A stretch of 32,000 nt of DNA from Erysipelotrichaceae bacterium (GTDB lineage Bacteria; Bacillota_I; Bacilli_A; Erysipelotrichales; Erysipelotrichaceae): contig OY760660.1 of NCBI GenBank assembly GCA_963663995.1, forward strand, positions 1 to 32,000, written 5' to 3'. Position numbers and translations under genes: made by a program. The notes beneath the pieces are model-generated. The model did no database searches. It was not told where the DNA came from and saw nothing but the letters and a program-made list of their open reading frames with translations. Below are positions 19,580 through 29,567 of this stretch, piece after piece. Positions within the stretch are counted from its first letter, which is position 1. Every line of letters begins with the position of its first letter.

Positions 19580-21210
19580 CTTTGAATATAATCTAAAATA
19601 TATGATTCATCTGGATCGATAAAGATTGTCTTATATTGTCCAACTTGAACCATCCCTGCTTTTGCGCCAGGGATTTTTTTGAGTTGAGAAATTGGCGTAT
19701 ATTGAACTTCTACTGAAGACGAATTTCGTGCTTTTGAATAATAACTAGCGAGTTGGGCACATAAACGAATATGTTTTTCATCAGCATCATCACTCGCAAG
19801 AATAACGTGAGCACCATGATAATCCTTTGCATGAAACCATAAATCTTTTTTATGGGCGAGTTTGAAAGTAATCGCATCATTTTGTAGATTGTTTTTCCCA
19901 AGATAAATGTGCTTGTTTTCATCACTGAGGATATGGATATAAGCTAAAGATTGTTTCTTTGACTTCTTAGCTTTTTTCATTGGTATATAGCCTAAATTCA
20001 TCAATTCTTCTTTTATTTCAATCGCATCAGCGACTGAGGCGATTGATAATTGCTCAGCTAAAGTATTAAAGTATTCAACTTCTGCCTTCGTCTTCTCGAT
20101 TTGTTCTTCGATGTAAGCGACTCCTTTACGGCCTTTATGATATTTTTGGTAATAACGTTTTGCGTTTGTTTTACCATCGAATTTAGGATCTAAAGGAATG
20201 ATTCTTTTTTCACTTGTTTCGAAATCTTCGACTTCTAATTGTTTTTCACCTGATCTTAGATGCACACCGTAAGCAAGAATATAATCAGCCATTTCTTTCC
20301 ACTTTAAAGCATCTTTAGCTTCTTGTAGACTATCGAGTAACTTGGGGATTTTCTTTTCATTACGCTTGCTTTCACGATTAACATATTTAGTTAGATCACC
20401 TGTATGTTGTTTAATGCGTTCCAAATTTTCTTTTTCTTCATATAAGCGATCATAAGCTTCCATAAATGGATACACAGTAGCGGGTGTTTCGGTATGTTTT
20501 AATTCGATCAAATGGGCTAAGAAATCATCAGCGCGTGGATGTAGGAAAAGCTCTTTAGAATTTTTAAGTTCAGTCATAATATCTTTGAAAATTTGACCAT
20601 TTAAGATCCGATAACGAATTTCTTTTTCAAGTAAGGGTGATATTCCATCAATTGTTTGAGTTAAATTTTCAGCTAGATTAATGGTCGTTAATTCAAAGGG
20701 ATTGAGTTTCTCTCGATCTAATACATCTTCATAATTTGCACCACTTTGGATGGTACGCTTGATATTTTCATAGGGGGGAATACGTTTTAGAGCATCAACA
20801 ATTTTGTTATTCTCATCCACTAAAATCACGTTGGCATATTTACCCATTAGTTCAACATAAAGAAGATAATTATGGATATCTCCTAAATCATCTCTTTTTT
20901 GAATGGATAACTTTACTACACGATCTAAACGTATTTGTTCTATGTGATGAATGATAGCAGAGTCTAAATGCTTTCTCAGTAACATGACAAATGAACTGGG
21001 TTCACTTGCCGCAACTAAATCACGTCCACTAAATTGAATTCGATTGTGAACGGAGTGTGTAGAAATCAATAATTGTAGTTTTTCTTTTTGTGATCGCACG
21101 ATAAAAACAAGCTCATTTTCAGAGATGTGCATGATCCTTTGAATCTTCATTGGAAGGGCATGACTTATTTCTTGTACTGCGTGATTTAGGATTAATCCAT
21201 CGACTGCCAT
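19567..21210 (-). CDS. rqcH: Ribosome quality-control factor RqcH (NFACT / fibronectin-binding protein A family, YloA homolog)
   Basis: MAVDGLIL...N-terminal NFACT-N, central coiled coil, C-terminal DLWFHAKDYHGAHVIL (NFACT-R), ~550 aa. Confidence 0.88.
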   Translation of the reverse strand: MAVDGLILNHAVQEISHALPMKIQRIMHISENELVFIVRSQKEKLQLLISTHSVHNRIQFSGRDLVAASEPSSFVMLLRKHLDSAIIHHIEQIRLDRVVKLSIQKRDDLGDIHNYLLYVELMGKYANVILVDENNKIVDALKRIPPYENIKRTIQSGANYEDVLDREKLNPFELTTINLAENLTQTIDGISPLLEKEIRYRILNGQIFKDIMTELKNSKELFLHPRADDFLAHLIELKHTETPATVYPFMEAYDRLYEEKENLERIKQHTGDLTKYVNRESKRNEKKIPKLLDSLQEAKDALKWKEMADYILAYGVHLRSGEKQLEVEDFETSEKRIIPLDPKFDGKTNAKRYYQKYHKGRKGVAYIEEQIEKTKAEVEYFNTLAEQLSIASVADAIEIKEELMNLGYIPMKKAKKSKKQSLAYIHILSDENKHIYLGKNNLQNDAITFKLAHKKDLWFHAKDYHGAHVILASDDADEKHIRLCAQLASYYSKARNSSSVEVQYTPISQLKKIPGAKAGMVQVGQYKTIFIDPDESYILDYIQSHKV

Positions 21211-21219
21211 AGTGTTTGA

Positions 21220-21228
21220 ATTATATCA
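21220..21228 (-). promoter_or_regulatory. Extended -10 TGaTATAAT, 9 nt upstream of rqcH ATG 21210
   Basis: Minus strand reads ATTATGATATAATTCAAACACTATG. No SD. Confidence 0.5.
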
Positions 21229-21231
21229 TAA

Positions 21232-21260
21232 TTGACCAGAGACTAATGAGTGTGTAGAAT
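21232..21260 (+). promoter_or_regulatory. gmk promoter TTGACC-N17-TAGAAT
   Basis: -35 at 21232-21237, -10 at 21255-21260. Back-to-back with the divergent rqcH -10. A leader of about 20 nt carries SD GTGAGG. Confidence 0.65.
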
Positions 21261-21283
21261 AATAAATTAAAGTGAGGTTATGC

Positions 21284-21847
21284 ATGAAAAAGGGCTTATT
21301 AATTATACTAAGTGGACCTAGCGGTGTGGGCAAGGGAACAGTACGTTCACATTTCGCTAGCAATCCAGAACTCAACATTGCTTTTTCCGTTTCAATGACC
21401 ACTAGAACTAAGCGTGAAGGTGAAGTAGATGGAAAAGATTATTTCTTTGTCGATAAGAAAACATTCTTAGAAGCGGTCGATAAAGATGAGCTATTAGAAT
21501 ACGCTGAATTTGTGGGGAATTATTATGGAACGCCAACCCATGCGGTTGAAGACTTACGTAATCAAGGGAAAAATGTTCTTTTGGAAATAGAAGTACAAGG
21601 TGCCTCACAAGTCAAAGCAAAAGTTGAAGATGCCCTTACGATATTCCTTGTTCCACCAAGCATGCAAGAACTTGAAAAACGTATTCGTGGAAGACGTACT
21701 GAAGATGAAGTCATTGTCCAAAAGCGTTTAGCGAAAGCGAAGAAAGAAATGGAACTCTTAGGCCAATATAAATATGTTGTGACTAACGATGTCCCAGAAG
21801 AAGCTGCCGAAATTATCTCAAAAATTATTAAAAGTCATATGGAATAG
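21284..21847 (+). CDS. gmk: Guanylate kinase
   Basis: LIILSGPSGVGKGT P-loop, ...TTR..R.GE..G.DY.F motif. ATG 21284 preferred over the track's GTG 21272. Confidence 0.95.
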   Translation: MKKGLLIILSGPSGVGKGTVRSHFASNPELNIAFSVSMTTRTKREGEVDGKDYFFVDKKTFLEAVDKDELLEYAEFVGNYYGTPTHAVEDLRNQGKNVLLEIEVQGASQVKAKVEDALTIFLVPPSMQELEKRIRGRRTEDEVIVQKRLAKAKKEMELLGQYKYVVTNDVPEEAAEIISKIIKSHME

Positions 21848-21867
21848 CGAATGCTATTCCATTTTTT
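21841..21867 (+). terminator. gmk terminator
   Basis: GGAATAGC / GCTATTCC 8-bp stem, loop GAAT, tail ATTTTTT. The gmk stop codon lies within the stem. Confidence 0.85.
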
Positions 21868-21871
21868 ATCA

Positions 21872-21880
21872 TGGTATAAT
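21872..21880 (+). promoter_or_regulatory. Extended -10 TGgTATAAT, 11 nt upstream of priA ATG 21892
   Basis: Sequence CATGGTATAATTTTTTTAACTTATG. No SD. Confidence 0.5.
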
Positions 21881-21891
21881 TTTTTTAACTT

Positions 21892-24021
21892 ATGATACAT
21901 CGAGTCCACACCTTTTTAGAACACCGCACCTTACGACTCAATCAACGCTATACCTATTTAGCAGATAGTCGTTGTGTAAGGGGAATGCGCGTTAAAGTCC
22001 CCTTTGGGAATCAAATTATCGTTGGGATAGTGGTTGATACTGAAGACCATAATCCAGAAGATGTTTTAGACTATGAATTAAAAGAAGTTATTGAAATCAT
22101 TGATGATGAAGCTGTCTTAAACGATGAACTGCTTGATTTAGCTGTTTGGTTATCGAAAGAAAGTTTAGCACCAACCATTAGTTGTTTTCAGGCGATGTTG
22201 CCAAAACTTAAAAATATTCGCACAAGTGAAAATAAAATTAAACAAAATCTATGGGTACGTAAACTTACAGAACCTTTTAAACTCACCCCTAAACAAAAAG
22301 AAGTATGGGATTCTTTTGATCGCGAAACATCTTATACGCAACTTAAAAAAGACTTTGGCTCAGCGATTGATACACTGATTAAAAATGGCTATTGTGAACG
22401 CTTTGAAAGTGAAGTTTCTTACAAACATGAAGAAAAGGATATCAAACTTAATCACTACAATCTAAGCCCTGATCAAGTCAGTGCTTTAGATCAAATTAGA
22501 CACTCTGAAAAAGTCGTTTGTTTATTTGGGAAAACAGGCTCTGGAAAAACAGAAGTTTATCTACAATTAGCTCAAGAAGCGATTGATCAAAATAAACAAG
22601 CTTTAATATTAGTTCCAGAAATTGGTCTAACTCCACAAATGGTTGATCGTGTTCAAAAACGCTTTGGTCAAGATGTGATTGTCTATCATTCACATCTCAA
22701 TGATACTGAGAGATATCTTCAATATAAACGAGTTAGAGACGGGGAAAGAACGATTGTTGTGGGAACTCGCTCAGCCGTCTTTTTACCTTTTACGGATTTA
22801 GCTTTAATCGTTATCGATGAAGAGCATGACTCTTCTTATAAACAAGAATCTCATCCACGCTATCACACTAGAGATATCGCTATTAAAAGAGCTGAAACAC
22901 ACGAGGCACATTTAGTTTTAGGGAGCGCAACACCTGCTTTTGAAACATTTGCGCGAGCGATAAAAGGGAACTATGAATTGGTGAGAATGCCACATCGTGT
23001 CTCTGGTTCACTACCTAAAATGCATTTTGTTTCACCAAAACGTTTTCAGAAACAAATTCTAAGTCAAGAAATTATCAATGCGATTCAGAAAAGACTTAAC
23101 GATCATGAACAAATTTTGCTTTTAATAAATCGTCGTGGCTATACACCTATTCTTCAATGCTCATCTTGCCAAAAAAGTGTTGAATGTCCTAATTGCGATC
23201 GTTTACTTCATGTTCATAAAGCTGATCATAAATTAAAGTGTCACAGTTGTGGTTATGAAAAAGAACTCGATTATACCTGTCCAAGTTGTGGATCAAACCA
23301 TATGCGAATGTTGGGACTTGGGACACAAAAGGTAGAAGAGGAACTACATCAATTATTTCCAACATGTAATGTATTAAGAATGGATCGTGATAGTACTAGT
23401 CGCAAGAATGCCCACGAAAAAATCCTGTCAGCTTTTGAAAAAGGAGAAGCAGATATTTTATTAGGGACTCAAATGATTGCGAAAGGATTAGATATGCCAA
23501 AGGTTAGTTTGGCCATTATCTTAGAAATTGATCAATCCTTATTAGGTGTGGACTATCGAAGTGTTGAAGATGCTTTTTCACTCTTAGTACAATCAGCAGG
23601 AAGAGCGGGTCGACTATCACATCATGGTGAAGTCTTTGTGCAAACACGCTTACTTGATCATTACGCTCTAAAATATGCTAAAGCACATGATTATGAAGCT
23701 TTCTTTAGTCATGAGATGCAATATCGACACCAAGGAAACAATCCTCCTTACAGTTATTTAATCAATATTACTTTAAGTTCACTATCACAAACGGATATAT
23801 TTAATCCACTCTATATGATTAAAGATCAATTTGATGCAAGCATAAAAGTATTGGGACCTTCTGATTTGGGGAAATTACAGAATCGTTATCGAGCACGAAT
23901 TATTCTAAAAGGAAAAGATTTAGATTTAATGCGTGAGAATATTAAACGCTTATTACCGGAAATGCCGATTAAGCAGAGTGTTGATGTCGTCATCGACGTT
24001 AACCCAAGGAGTCTACTCTAA
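21892..24021 (+). CDS. priA: Primosomal replication-restart helicase PriA
   Basis: Walker A GKTGSGKT, DEEH box, Cys-rich zinc region (CSSCQ..CPNCD...CHSCGY...CPSCGS), conserved N-terminal GMRVKVPFG. Confidence 0.95.
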   Translation: MIHRVHTFLEHRTLRLNQRYTYLADSRCVRGMRVKVPFGNQIIVGIVVDTEDHNPEDVLDYELKEVIEIIDDEAVLNDELLDLAVWLSKESLAPTISCFQAMLPKLKNIRTSENKIKQNLWVRKLTEPFKLTPKQKEVWDSFDRETSYTQLKKDFGSAIDTLIKNGYCERFESEVSYKHEEKDIKLNHYNLSPDQVSALDQIRHSEKVVCLFGKTGSGKTEVYLQLAQEAIDQNKQALILVPEIGLTPQMVDRVQKRFGQDVIVYHSHLNDTERYLQYKRVRDGERTIVVGTRSAVFLPFTDLALIVIDEEHDSSYKQESHPRYHTRDIAIKRAETHEAHLVLGSATPAFETFARAIKGNYELVRMPHRVSGSLPKMHFVSPKRFQKQILSQEIINAIQKRLNDHEQILLLINRRGYTPILQCSSCQKSVECPNCDRLLHVHKADHKLKCHSCGYEKELDYTCPSCGSNHMRMLGLGTQKVEEELHQLFPTCNVLRMDRDSTSRKNAHEKILSAFEKGEADILLGTQMIAKGLDMPKVSLAIILEIDQSLLGVDYRSVEDAFSLLVQSAGRAGRLSHHGEVFVQTRLLDHYALKYAKAHDYEAFFSHEMQYRHQGNNPPYSYLINITLSSLSQTDIFNPLYMIKDQFDASIKVLGPSDLGKLQNRYRARIILKGKDLDLMRENIKRLLPEMPIKQSVDVVIDVNPRSLL

Positions 24022-25268
24022 TGAATGCACGTGATTTAACACATGAAATTGTCAGTGATGTTATTTTAAAACATGACTATGCAAATTTAAGTTTGAAAAA
24101 AAGATTACAAGAACTGGAATTAAAAGATCAGGCTTTATGTACAGCGTTGGTCTACACAAGTCTTCAACACCATCGAACTTTAAGAGCTTTATGGTCTCAA
24201 TACACCCATAAACAACCTAAATCATCGGTCGCAATATTGTTGGATGTCGCCTGTGCACAACTTCGCTATTTTGATCGTTTACCTGATTATGCGGTTGTTG
24301 ATGAAGCTGTTAAATGGTGTCATAGTCATGCCCCGTATGCGGCGGGTATGGTCAATGCCGTCTTACGGAAAGTTCAAAAGGATCCACATCAACATCTAAA
24401 AGGTGAAGATGAGTTTGATACATTTGCCTTAAACCATGCTTTACCGACATGGATTTATCGATTATGGATCGCTCATTATGGAAAAGATAAAGCGCAAGAG
24501 ATTGCGAGAGCTTTACTCAATCCAGCCCATATGAGTGCACGCATTAATACGTTAAAAATTACTAAAGAAGAACTACTAAAAGATGAAACAATAGAAGCAA
24601 GTCAACTATCAAGTTATTCAGTTTTGTCCTCAGATAATTTAGTTCATTCAGCTTATGTCGCAAAAGGTGAACTGTATATTCAAGATGAATCATCAGCTTA
24701 TGTCGCTGAATTTGCGCAGGCGAAAGCCGGTATGAATGTGCTTGATGTCTGTAGTGCTCCAGGCTCAAAAACAGCAGGTTTAGCAATAAGTATGGAAAAT
24801 AAAGGGCATATTACGGCGGTTGAGTTACATCCTGTACGAGCAAAACTTGTCGATGAACTAATGGAACATTTAGGCATAAATATTGTCGATACAAAATGTT
24901 TTGATGCTCGTTTTTTAGATAAAGAATTACAAGAGCGTGAGTATGATTTAATCTTAGCTGATGTACCTTGTACGGGCTTGGGAGTCCTGCGAAGAAAAGC
25001 AGATATCAAACTAAGAATTAGTCCCAATCAATTAGATGAAATTGAAGGCTTACAAAGAGCAATCTTAGATGGCGTACAGAATTTATGTAAAGTTGGTGGG
25101 ACTCTTATCTACTCGACCTGTACTCTGAACAAAAAAGAAAATGAACATCAAATACAACATTTTCTAAGTAAATACCAAAATTACAGCTGTATTGAAGAAA
25201 GAACTGTTTTTCCACAAGACTACAACAGTGATGGCTTTTATATGGCAAAACTTAAAAGACTATCATAG
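24021..25268 (+). CDS. rsmB: 16S rRNA (cytosine967-C5)-methyltransferase RsmB
   Basis: NusB-like N-terminal domain, SAM motif DVCSAPGSKT, catalytic PCTGLGV and YSTCT motifs. The start overlaps the priA stop (TAATG). Confidence 0.9.
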   Translation: MNARDLTHEIVSDVILKHDYANLSLKKRLQELELKDQALCTALVYTSLQHHRTLRALWSQYTHKQPKSSVAILLDVACAQLRYFDRLPDYAVVDEAVKWCHSHAPYAAGMVNAVLRKVQKDPHQHLKGEDEFDTFALNHALPTWIYRLWIAHYGKDKAQEIARALLNPAHMSARINTLKITKEELLKDETIEASQLSSYSVLSSDNLVHSAYVAKGELYIQDESSAYVAEFAQAKAGMNVLDVCSAPGSKTAGLAISMENKGHITAVELHPVRAKLVDELMEHLGINIVDTKCFDARFLDKELQEREYDLILADVPCTGLGVLRRKADIKLRISPNQLDEIEGLQRAILDGVQNLCKVGGTLIYSTCTLNKKENEHQIQHFLSKYQNYSCIEERTVFPQDYNSDGFYMAKLKRLS

Positions 25269-25273
25269 TGCTG

Positions 25274-25282
25274 TGGTAGAAT
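25274..25282 (+). promoter_or_regulatory. Extended -10-like TGgTAGAAT, 4/7 nt upstream of tandem ATGs of rlmN
   Basis: Sequence CTGTGGTAGAATATCAATGATG. No SD. May be an internal operon promoter. Confidence 0.35.
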
Positions 25283-25286
25283 ATCA

Positions 25287-26330
25287 ATGATGAAAAAATC
25301 AATCTACAATTATACCTTGAAAGAACTTGAAAACTTAGTTATCGAAAAAGGCTCAAAAGCCTATCGTGCTAAACAGATTTTTAAGTGGATTTATAAAAAG
25401 AGAGTAAACTCACTAGAAGAGATGAGTGATATCTCCAAATCCTTTATTGAAGATTTGGAAAAAGATTATCAACTTGAAACAATTAAATTACATACTCGAC
25501 AAGTTTCTAGTGATGGAACAGTTAAGTATCTTTTTGAACTAACCGATGGCTTTTTGGTTGAAACAGTCTTAATGCATCATGATTATGGCAAATCAGTTTG
25601 TGTGACTTCACAAGTTGGTTGTAATATGGGCTGTACTTTTTGCGCTTCTGGTTTGCTCAAGAAAAATCGTGATTTAAGCGCGGGTGAAATGGTGGCGCAA
25701 ATTCTAGCTGTTCAAAAAGAACTTGATCAAAGTGATGAAAGAGTTAGTCACTGTGTGATTATGGGCACTGGCGAACCTTTTGATAATTACGATAACGTGA
25801 TTCGTTTCTTAAATATTTTAAATGAAACAAATGGATTAGAAATAGGGGCCCGTCATTTAACGGTTTCGACTTGCGGTATTGTACCTAAAATCAAAGAGTT
25901 TTCGCAAGGGAAATACCAATACAATTTAGCGATTTCTTTGCATGCCCCAAACGATGAACTACGATCAAAATTAATGCCGATTAATCATGCCTATCCTTTA
26001 GTTGAATTAATGGAAGCATTAAAGGATTATAGTGTCGAAAATAATCGTCGTATTACCTTTGAATACATTTTGTTGAATGGCATTAATGACCAAGAGAAAC
26101 ATGCTAAAGAATTAGCGCAGTTAGTCAGAGGAATGAATGCTTATGTTAATCTCATTCCTTATAATGCTGTTGATGAACATGGTTTTAAAGCGGTTAATTT
26201 TAAAGATGCTATGCGTTTTTATGATCAATTGACCCGTTTTGGGGTGAAATGTACGCTTCGTCAAGAATTAGGCAGTGATATTGATGCAGCTTGTGGTCAA
26301 CTTAGAGCGAAAGCAGAGGGTAAGCTATGA
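25287..26330 (+). CDS. rlmN: 23S rRNA/tRNA adenine-C2 methyltransferase RlmN (radical SAM)
   Basis: CNMGCTFCASG radical-SAM cluster motif and an N-terminal ...YRAKQIFKWIY segment. Alternative start ATG 25290. Confidence 0.94.
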   Translation: MMKKSIYNYTLKELENLVIEKGSKAYRAKQIFKWIYKKRVNSLEEMSDISKSFIEDLEKDYQLETIKLHTRQVSSDGTVKYLFELTDGFLVETVLMHHDYGKSVCVTSQVGCNMGCTFCASGLLKKNRDLSAGEMVAQILAVQKELDQSDERVSHCVIMGTGEPFDNYDNVIRFLNILNETNGLEIGARHLTVSTCGIVPKIKEFSQGKYQYNLAISLHAPNDELRSKLMPINHAYPLVELMEALKDYSVENNRRITFEYILLNGINDQEKHAKELAQLVRGMNAYVNLIPYNAVDEHGFKAVNFKDAMRFYDQLTRFGVKCTLRQELGSDIDAACGQLRAKAEGKL

Positions 26331-27064
26331 GACAGTTTGCCTCAGCTTTAAATATTGGCTCTGTTCGTGTTAAAAACCAAGATCAAGTGTCTATTTTACA
26401 TTCAAATGATTTTGATTTAATGATAGTGTGTGATGGAATGGGTGGTGCTAATGCGGGTGAAGTCGCTTCAAAATTATGCGTTGATTGTATTCAAGCAGAA
26501 TTTGAAAATAATCCTCCGCTAACAAGTGACTTTGAAACTTTAAAAACTTGGTCAACAAATGTTTTAAATAAAGCTAATCTTTTTGTTTTAAATAAATCTT
26601 ATGAAAATCCAAACTTAAATGGGATGGGTACTACCGCTGTTTTTGCGCTTATCTCAAATGAGAGTATTTGTATTGCCAATGTTGGGGATTCACGAGCCTA
26701 TGTCCTTGAACATCAAAAATTACAACAAGTCAGTGAAGATCATTCTTTAGTAAATCAATGGATTAAAGAAGGTAAAATCACAATCGAAGAAGCAAAACGT
26801 CATCCACAACGATCTGTATTAACTAATGTTTTAGGTGTGATGGAAAATATGTTGATTGATTGTTTTGAAGTCGATTTAAAAACTGAAATTATTTTATTGT
26901 GTTCGGATGGGGTTTCAGGCATGTTAGATGATACACAAATTGAAGCACTCATTAATCAAGGTGGACCTGTTAAACAAATTAGTAAACGTTTGGAAAAAGC
27001 AGCGATTCATTTAGGTGGTTACGATAATATTGCGATTGCCTTAATGCGTGAGGATCAAGCATGA
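26327..27064 (+). CDS. PP2C-family Ser/Thr phosphatase (Stp/PrpC type)
   Basis: NQD...VCDGMGG, ...GMGTT..., ...CSDGVSG motifs. 4-nt overlaps (ATGA) on both sides. Confidence 0.92.
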   Translation: MRQFASALNIGSVRVKNQDQVSILHSNDFDLMIVCDGMGGANAGEVASKLCVDCIQAEFENNPPLTSDFETLKTWSTNVLNKANLFVLNKSYENPNLNGMGTTAVFALISNESICIANVGDSRAYVLEHQKLQQVSEDHSLVNQWIKEGKITIEEAKRHPQRSVLTNVLGVMENMLIDCFEVDLKTEIILLCSDGVSGMLDDTQIEALINQGGPVKQISKRLEKAAIHLGGYDNIAIALMREDQA

Positions 27065-28701
27065 AAGAGATCTTTGCGAATCGTTATAACTTAGTTAAAA
27101 AATTAGGTGAAGGTGGAATGGCAGATGTCTACCTCGCTTTTGACTCGCTTTTAAATCGCGAAGTCGCCATTAAACTTTTACGCTCTTCAATGGCTTTAGA
27201 TCCTGTTTCACTCTTACGTTTTCAAAGAGAAGCTAATTCTGCTTCTAGTTTGAATCATCCTAACATTGTTGAAATCTATGATGTTGGTGAAGATGAAGGT
27301 CATCACTACATCGTTATGGAATATGTTAAAGGTAAAACTTTAAAACAATTAATTGCTCAACGTGGGGCAATGGAAAAACATGAAGCGATTTCAATTATGG
27401 ATCAGCTTATTTCGGCGGTTATTGAGGCACATGAGAAGAATATTATTCATCGTGATATCAAACCTCAAAATGTGATCGTTAAGGACGATGGAACGGTTAA
27501 AATGGCTGATTTCGGGATTGCGACAGTTGCTGATACTTTACAGTTAACTCAAGCTGATACCGTTTTAGGTTCTGTTCATTATTTAGCGCCAGAACTGGCG
27601 CGTGGAGAAAGTGCAAGTTTTCAATCGGATATCTATGCTTTAGGAATTACATTCTATGAACTTTTAACCGGTCAAGTTCCGCATCATGGTGAACAAGCTG
27701 TGCAAATTGCGATGAAACATCTAAAAGATGATATTCCTAGTGTGCGTGATTTTAATGCATCATTACCGCAATCGATTGAAAATATTGTGATTAAAGCAAC
27801 GGCTAAGAATAAACGTTTACGTTATTTGAATGCCCAAGAAATGTTAAATGATTTAAGAGAGTGTTTATCTGATAAAAAGAAAAATGTGTCGAAACTTGTT
27901 TTACAACTTAAAAATGAAAACGATGAAACCATTCAAATGGATCCCGTATTTGGAATTGAAGAAAAACAACCTTTCTATAAGTCACTTATGGGAATGATTG
28001 TGATTGGTGGATCGATTGTGATCACTGTTTTATTGTTAAGTTTCGGTGGATTTTTTGAATCTTTATCACCGACAGTTGTTGTCCCAGACTTAATTAATAT
28101 GACGGTTGATGAAGCAGAAGAAGCTTTAGTTAATAGTGGATTAAGTGTTGCTCGGGTCCGCTATGAATTAACTGAATCGACTGAAAAAGGTTTAATCACA
28201 AAAGTATCACCTGCTTTAAATACTGAAGTAGATCGTGGTTCAACTTTAACCATTACCGTTAGTGAAGGAATCTATGTGTTAGTCGAAAACTATGTTGGCT
28301 TAAGCATTGACGAAGTGACTTCGTTACTCGCTGATACTAAAATCAATATTAAAATTGAACGTCAAGCTGTCAGTGATGTTGAAACAGGTACAATTATCAA
28401 TCAAGAGTTACTTGCTCCAGGAATGCATCTAGATCCGCAAAGAGCTTACGAAATAAAATTTATCGTGGCAGCGCCAGCTGAATTCTTAATTCCACAAATC
28501 ATAGGTTTAAATGTCGCCAGTGCTCAAGGACAACTTGAAGCACTAGGAGCAAGTGTTGAAATGGTCCAACTCTCAACGGATGGTATGAGTGATTCTGAAA
28601 AGGCCAATTTAGTCTATGGCGTTGTCGTCGATATTAATCCTGAACCTTTAACCTATTACACCCAAGGTAGTGATAACTTTATCACTTTGAGTTTTTACTA
28701 A
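27061..28701 (+). CDS. pknB: PASTA-domain Ser/Thr protein kinase (PknB/PrkC type)
   Basis: GEGGMADVY, HRDIKPQN, DFG, APE motifs. One TM helix (MGMIVIGGSIVITVLLLSFGGFF) followed by three PASTA-like repeats. Confidence 0.94.
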   Translation: MKEIFANRYNLVKKLGEGGMADVYLAFDSLLNREVAIKLLRSSMALDPVSLLRFQREANSASSLNHPNIVEIYDVGEDEGHHYIVMEYVKGKTLKQLIAQRGAMEKHEAISIMDQLISAVIEAHEKNIIHRDIKPQNVIVKDDGTVKMADFGIATVADTLQLTQADTVLGSVHYLAPELARGESASFQSDIYALGITFYELLTGQVPHHGEQAVQIAMKHLKDDIPSVRDFNASLPQSIENIVIKATAKNKRLRYLNAQEMLNDLRECLSDKKKNVSKLVLQLKNENDETIQMDPVFGIEEKQPFYKSLMGMIVIGGSIVITVLLLSFGGFFESLSPTVVVPDLINMTVDEAEEALVNSGLSVARVRYELTESTEKGLITKVSPALNTEVDRGSTLTITVSEGIYVLVENYVGLSIDEVTSLLADTKINIKIERQAVSDVETGTIINQELLAPGMHLDPQRAYEIKFIVAAPAEFLIPQIIGLNVASAQGQLEALGASVEMVQLSTDGMSDSEKANLVYGVVVDINPEPLTYYTQGSDNFITLSFY

Positions 28702-29567
28702 TGAATGAAGCTTTAGTCATTAAACATATCTCTAATCGTTATACTTTATTAACCCCAGAACATGAGCGTTTTGTTGCGCTTCCTGAAGGCAAACTTAAAA
28801 AGGGGAAGTCTCCTATCGTTGGTGATAAAGTTCATTACATGATCAAGGATGATCAAGTGATGATCACGAAAGTTTTAAAACGTCATAATCAATTAAAACG
28901 ACCTGTGATTGCGAATGTTGATCAAGCTTTAATTGTGATGAGTGCGCGTAAACCTGATTTCTCAACTCAATTAATTGATCGTTTTATATGGTTAATACGT
29001 AATGAAGGTATTACACCCGTTCTAGTGATCACTAAACTTGATTTAGTGGATGATTCTGATCCTTTATATCAAGATTTAAAAGACTATGAAAAAAGTGGTT
29101 TAAAAGTTGTATATATGTCTAAAACACATGATTTAGAACCCCTCAAAGAAGTGGTTAAAGATAAGATATCAGTTTTATCTGGTCAATCAGGTGTTGGTAA
29201 GAGTAGTTTACTTAATCGTATGAATCCTGACTTTGTTTTAAAGACACAAGAAATATCGAAAGCGTTAGGTCGCGGTAAACATACAACGCGTCATGTTGAA
29301 CTATATGATGTCTTTGAAGGCTGGTTAGCGGATACACCTGGCTTTTCAGCTCTTGAATTTTCTAGTATTGAACTTGAGAATTTAGAGCGTTGTGTTATAG
29401 AATTTGATGCATATAGAGATCAATGTTTCTATCGTAACTGCCAACATATACATGAACCAAAATGTGCTGTTAAAAAAGCTGTAAGTGAGCATTTGATTCC
29501 CAGTGAACGCTATCAACATTACACCGAGGTTTATACGCTCATTCAATCAATTAAGGAGAAATACTAA
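28701..29567 (+). CDS. rsgA: Ribosome small-subunit biogenesis GTPase RsgA (CpgA/YloQ)
   Basis: Circularly permuted GTPase motifs (TKLDL, GQSGVGKSSL, DTPGF) and a C-terminal zinc motif C..C.H..EP.C. Confidence 0.93.
   Translation: MNEALVIKHISNRYTLLTPEHERFVALPEGKLKKGKSPIVGDKVHYMIKDDQVMITKVLKRHNQLKRPVIANVDQALIVMSARKPDFSTQLIDRFIWLIRNEGITPVLVITKLDLVDDSDPLYQDLKDYEKSGLKVVYMSKTHDLEPLKEVVKDKISVLSGQSGVGKSSLLNRMNPDFVLKTQEISKALGRGKHTTRHVELYDVFEGWLADTPGFSALEFSSIELENLERCVIEFDAYRDQCFYRNCQHIHEPKCAVKKAVSEHLIPSERYQHYTEVYTLIQSIKEKY

Noticed and set aside
24562-25027. ORFs of 74 and 109 aa antisense to rsmB
   Set aside because: These are shadow ORFs inside a well-supported methyltransferase gene, with no translation signals.
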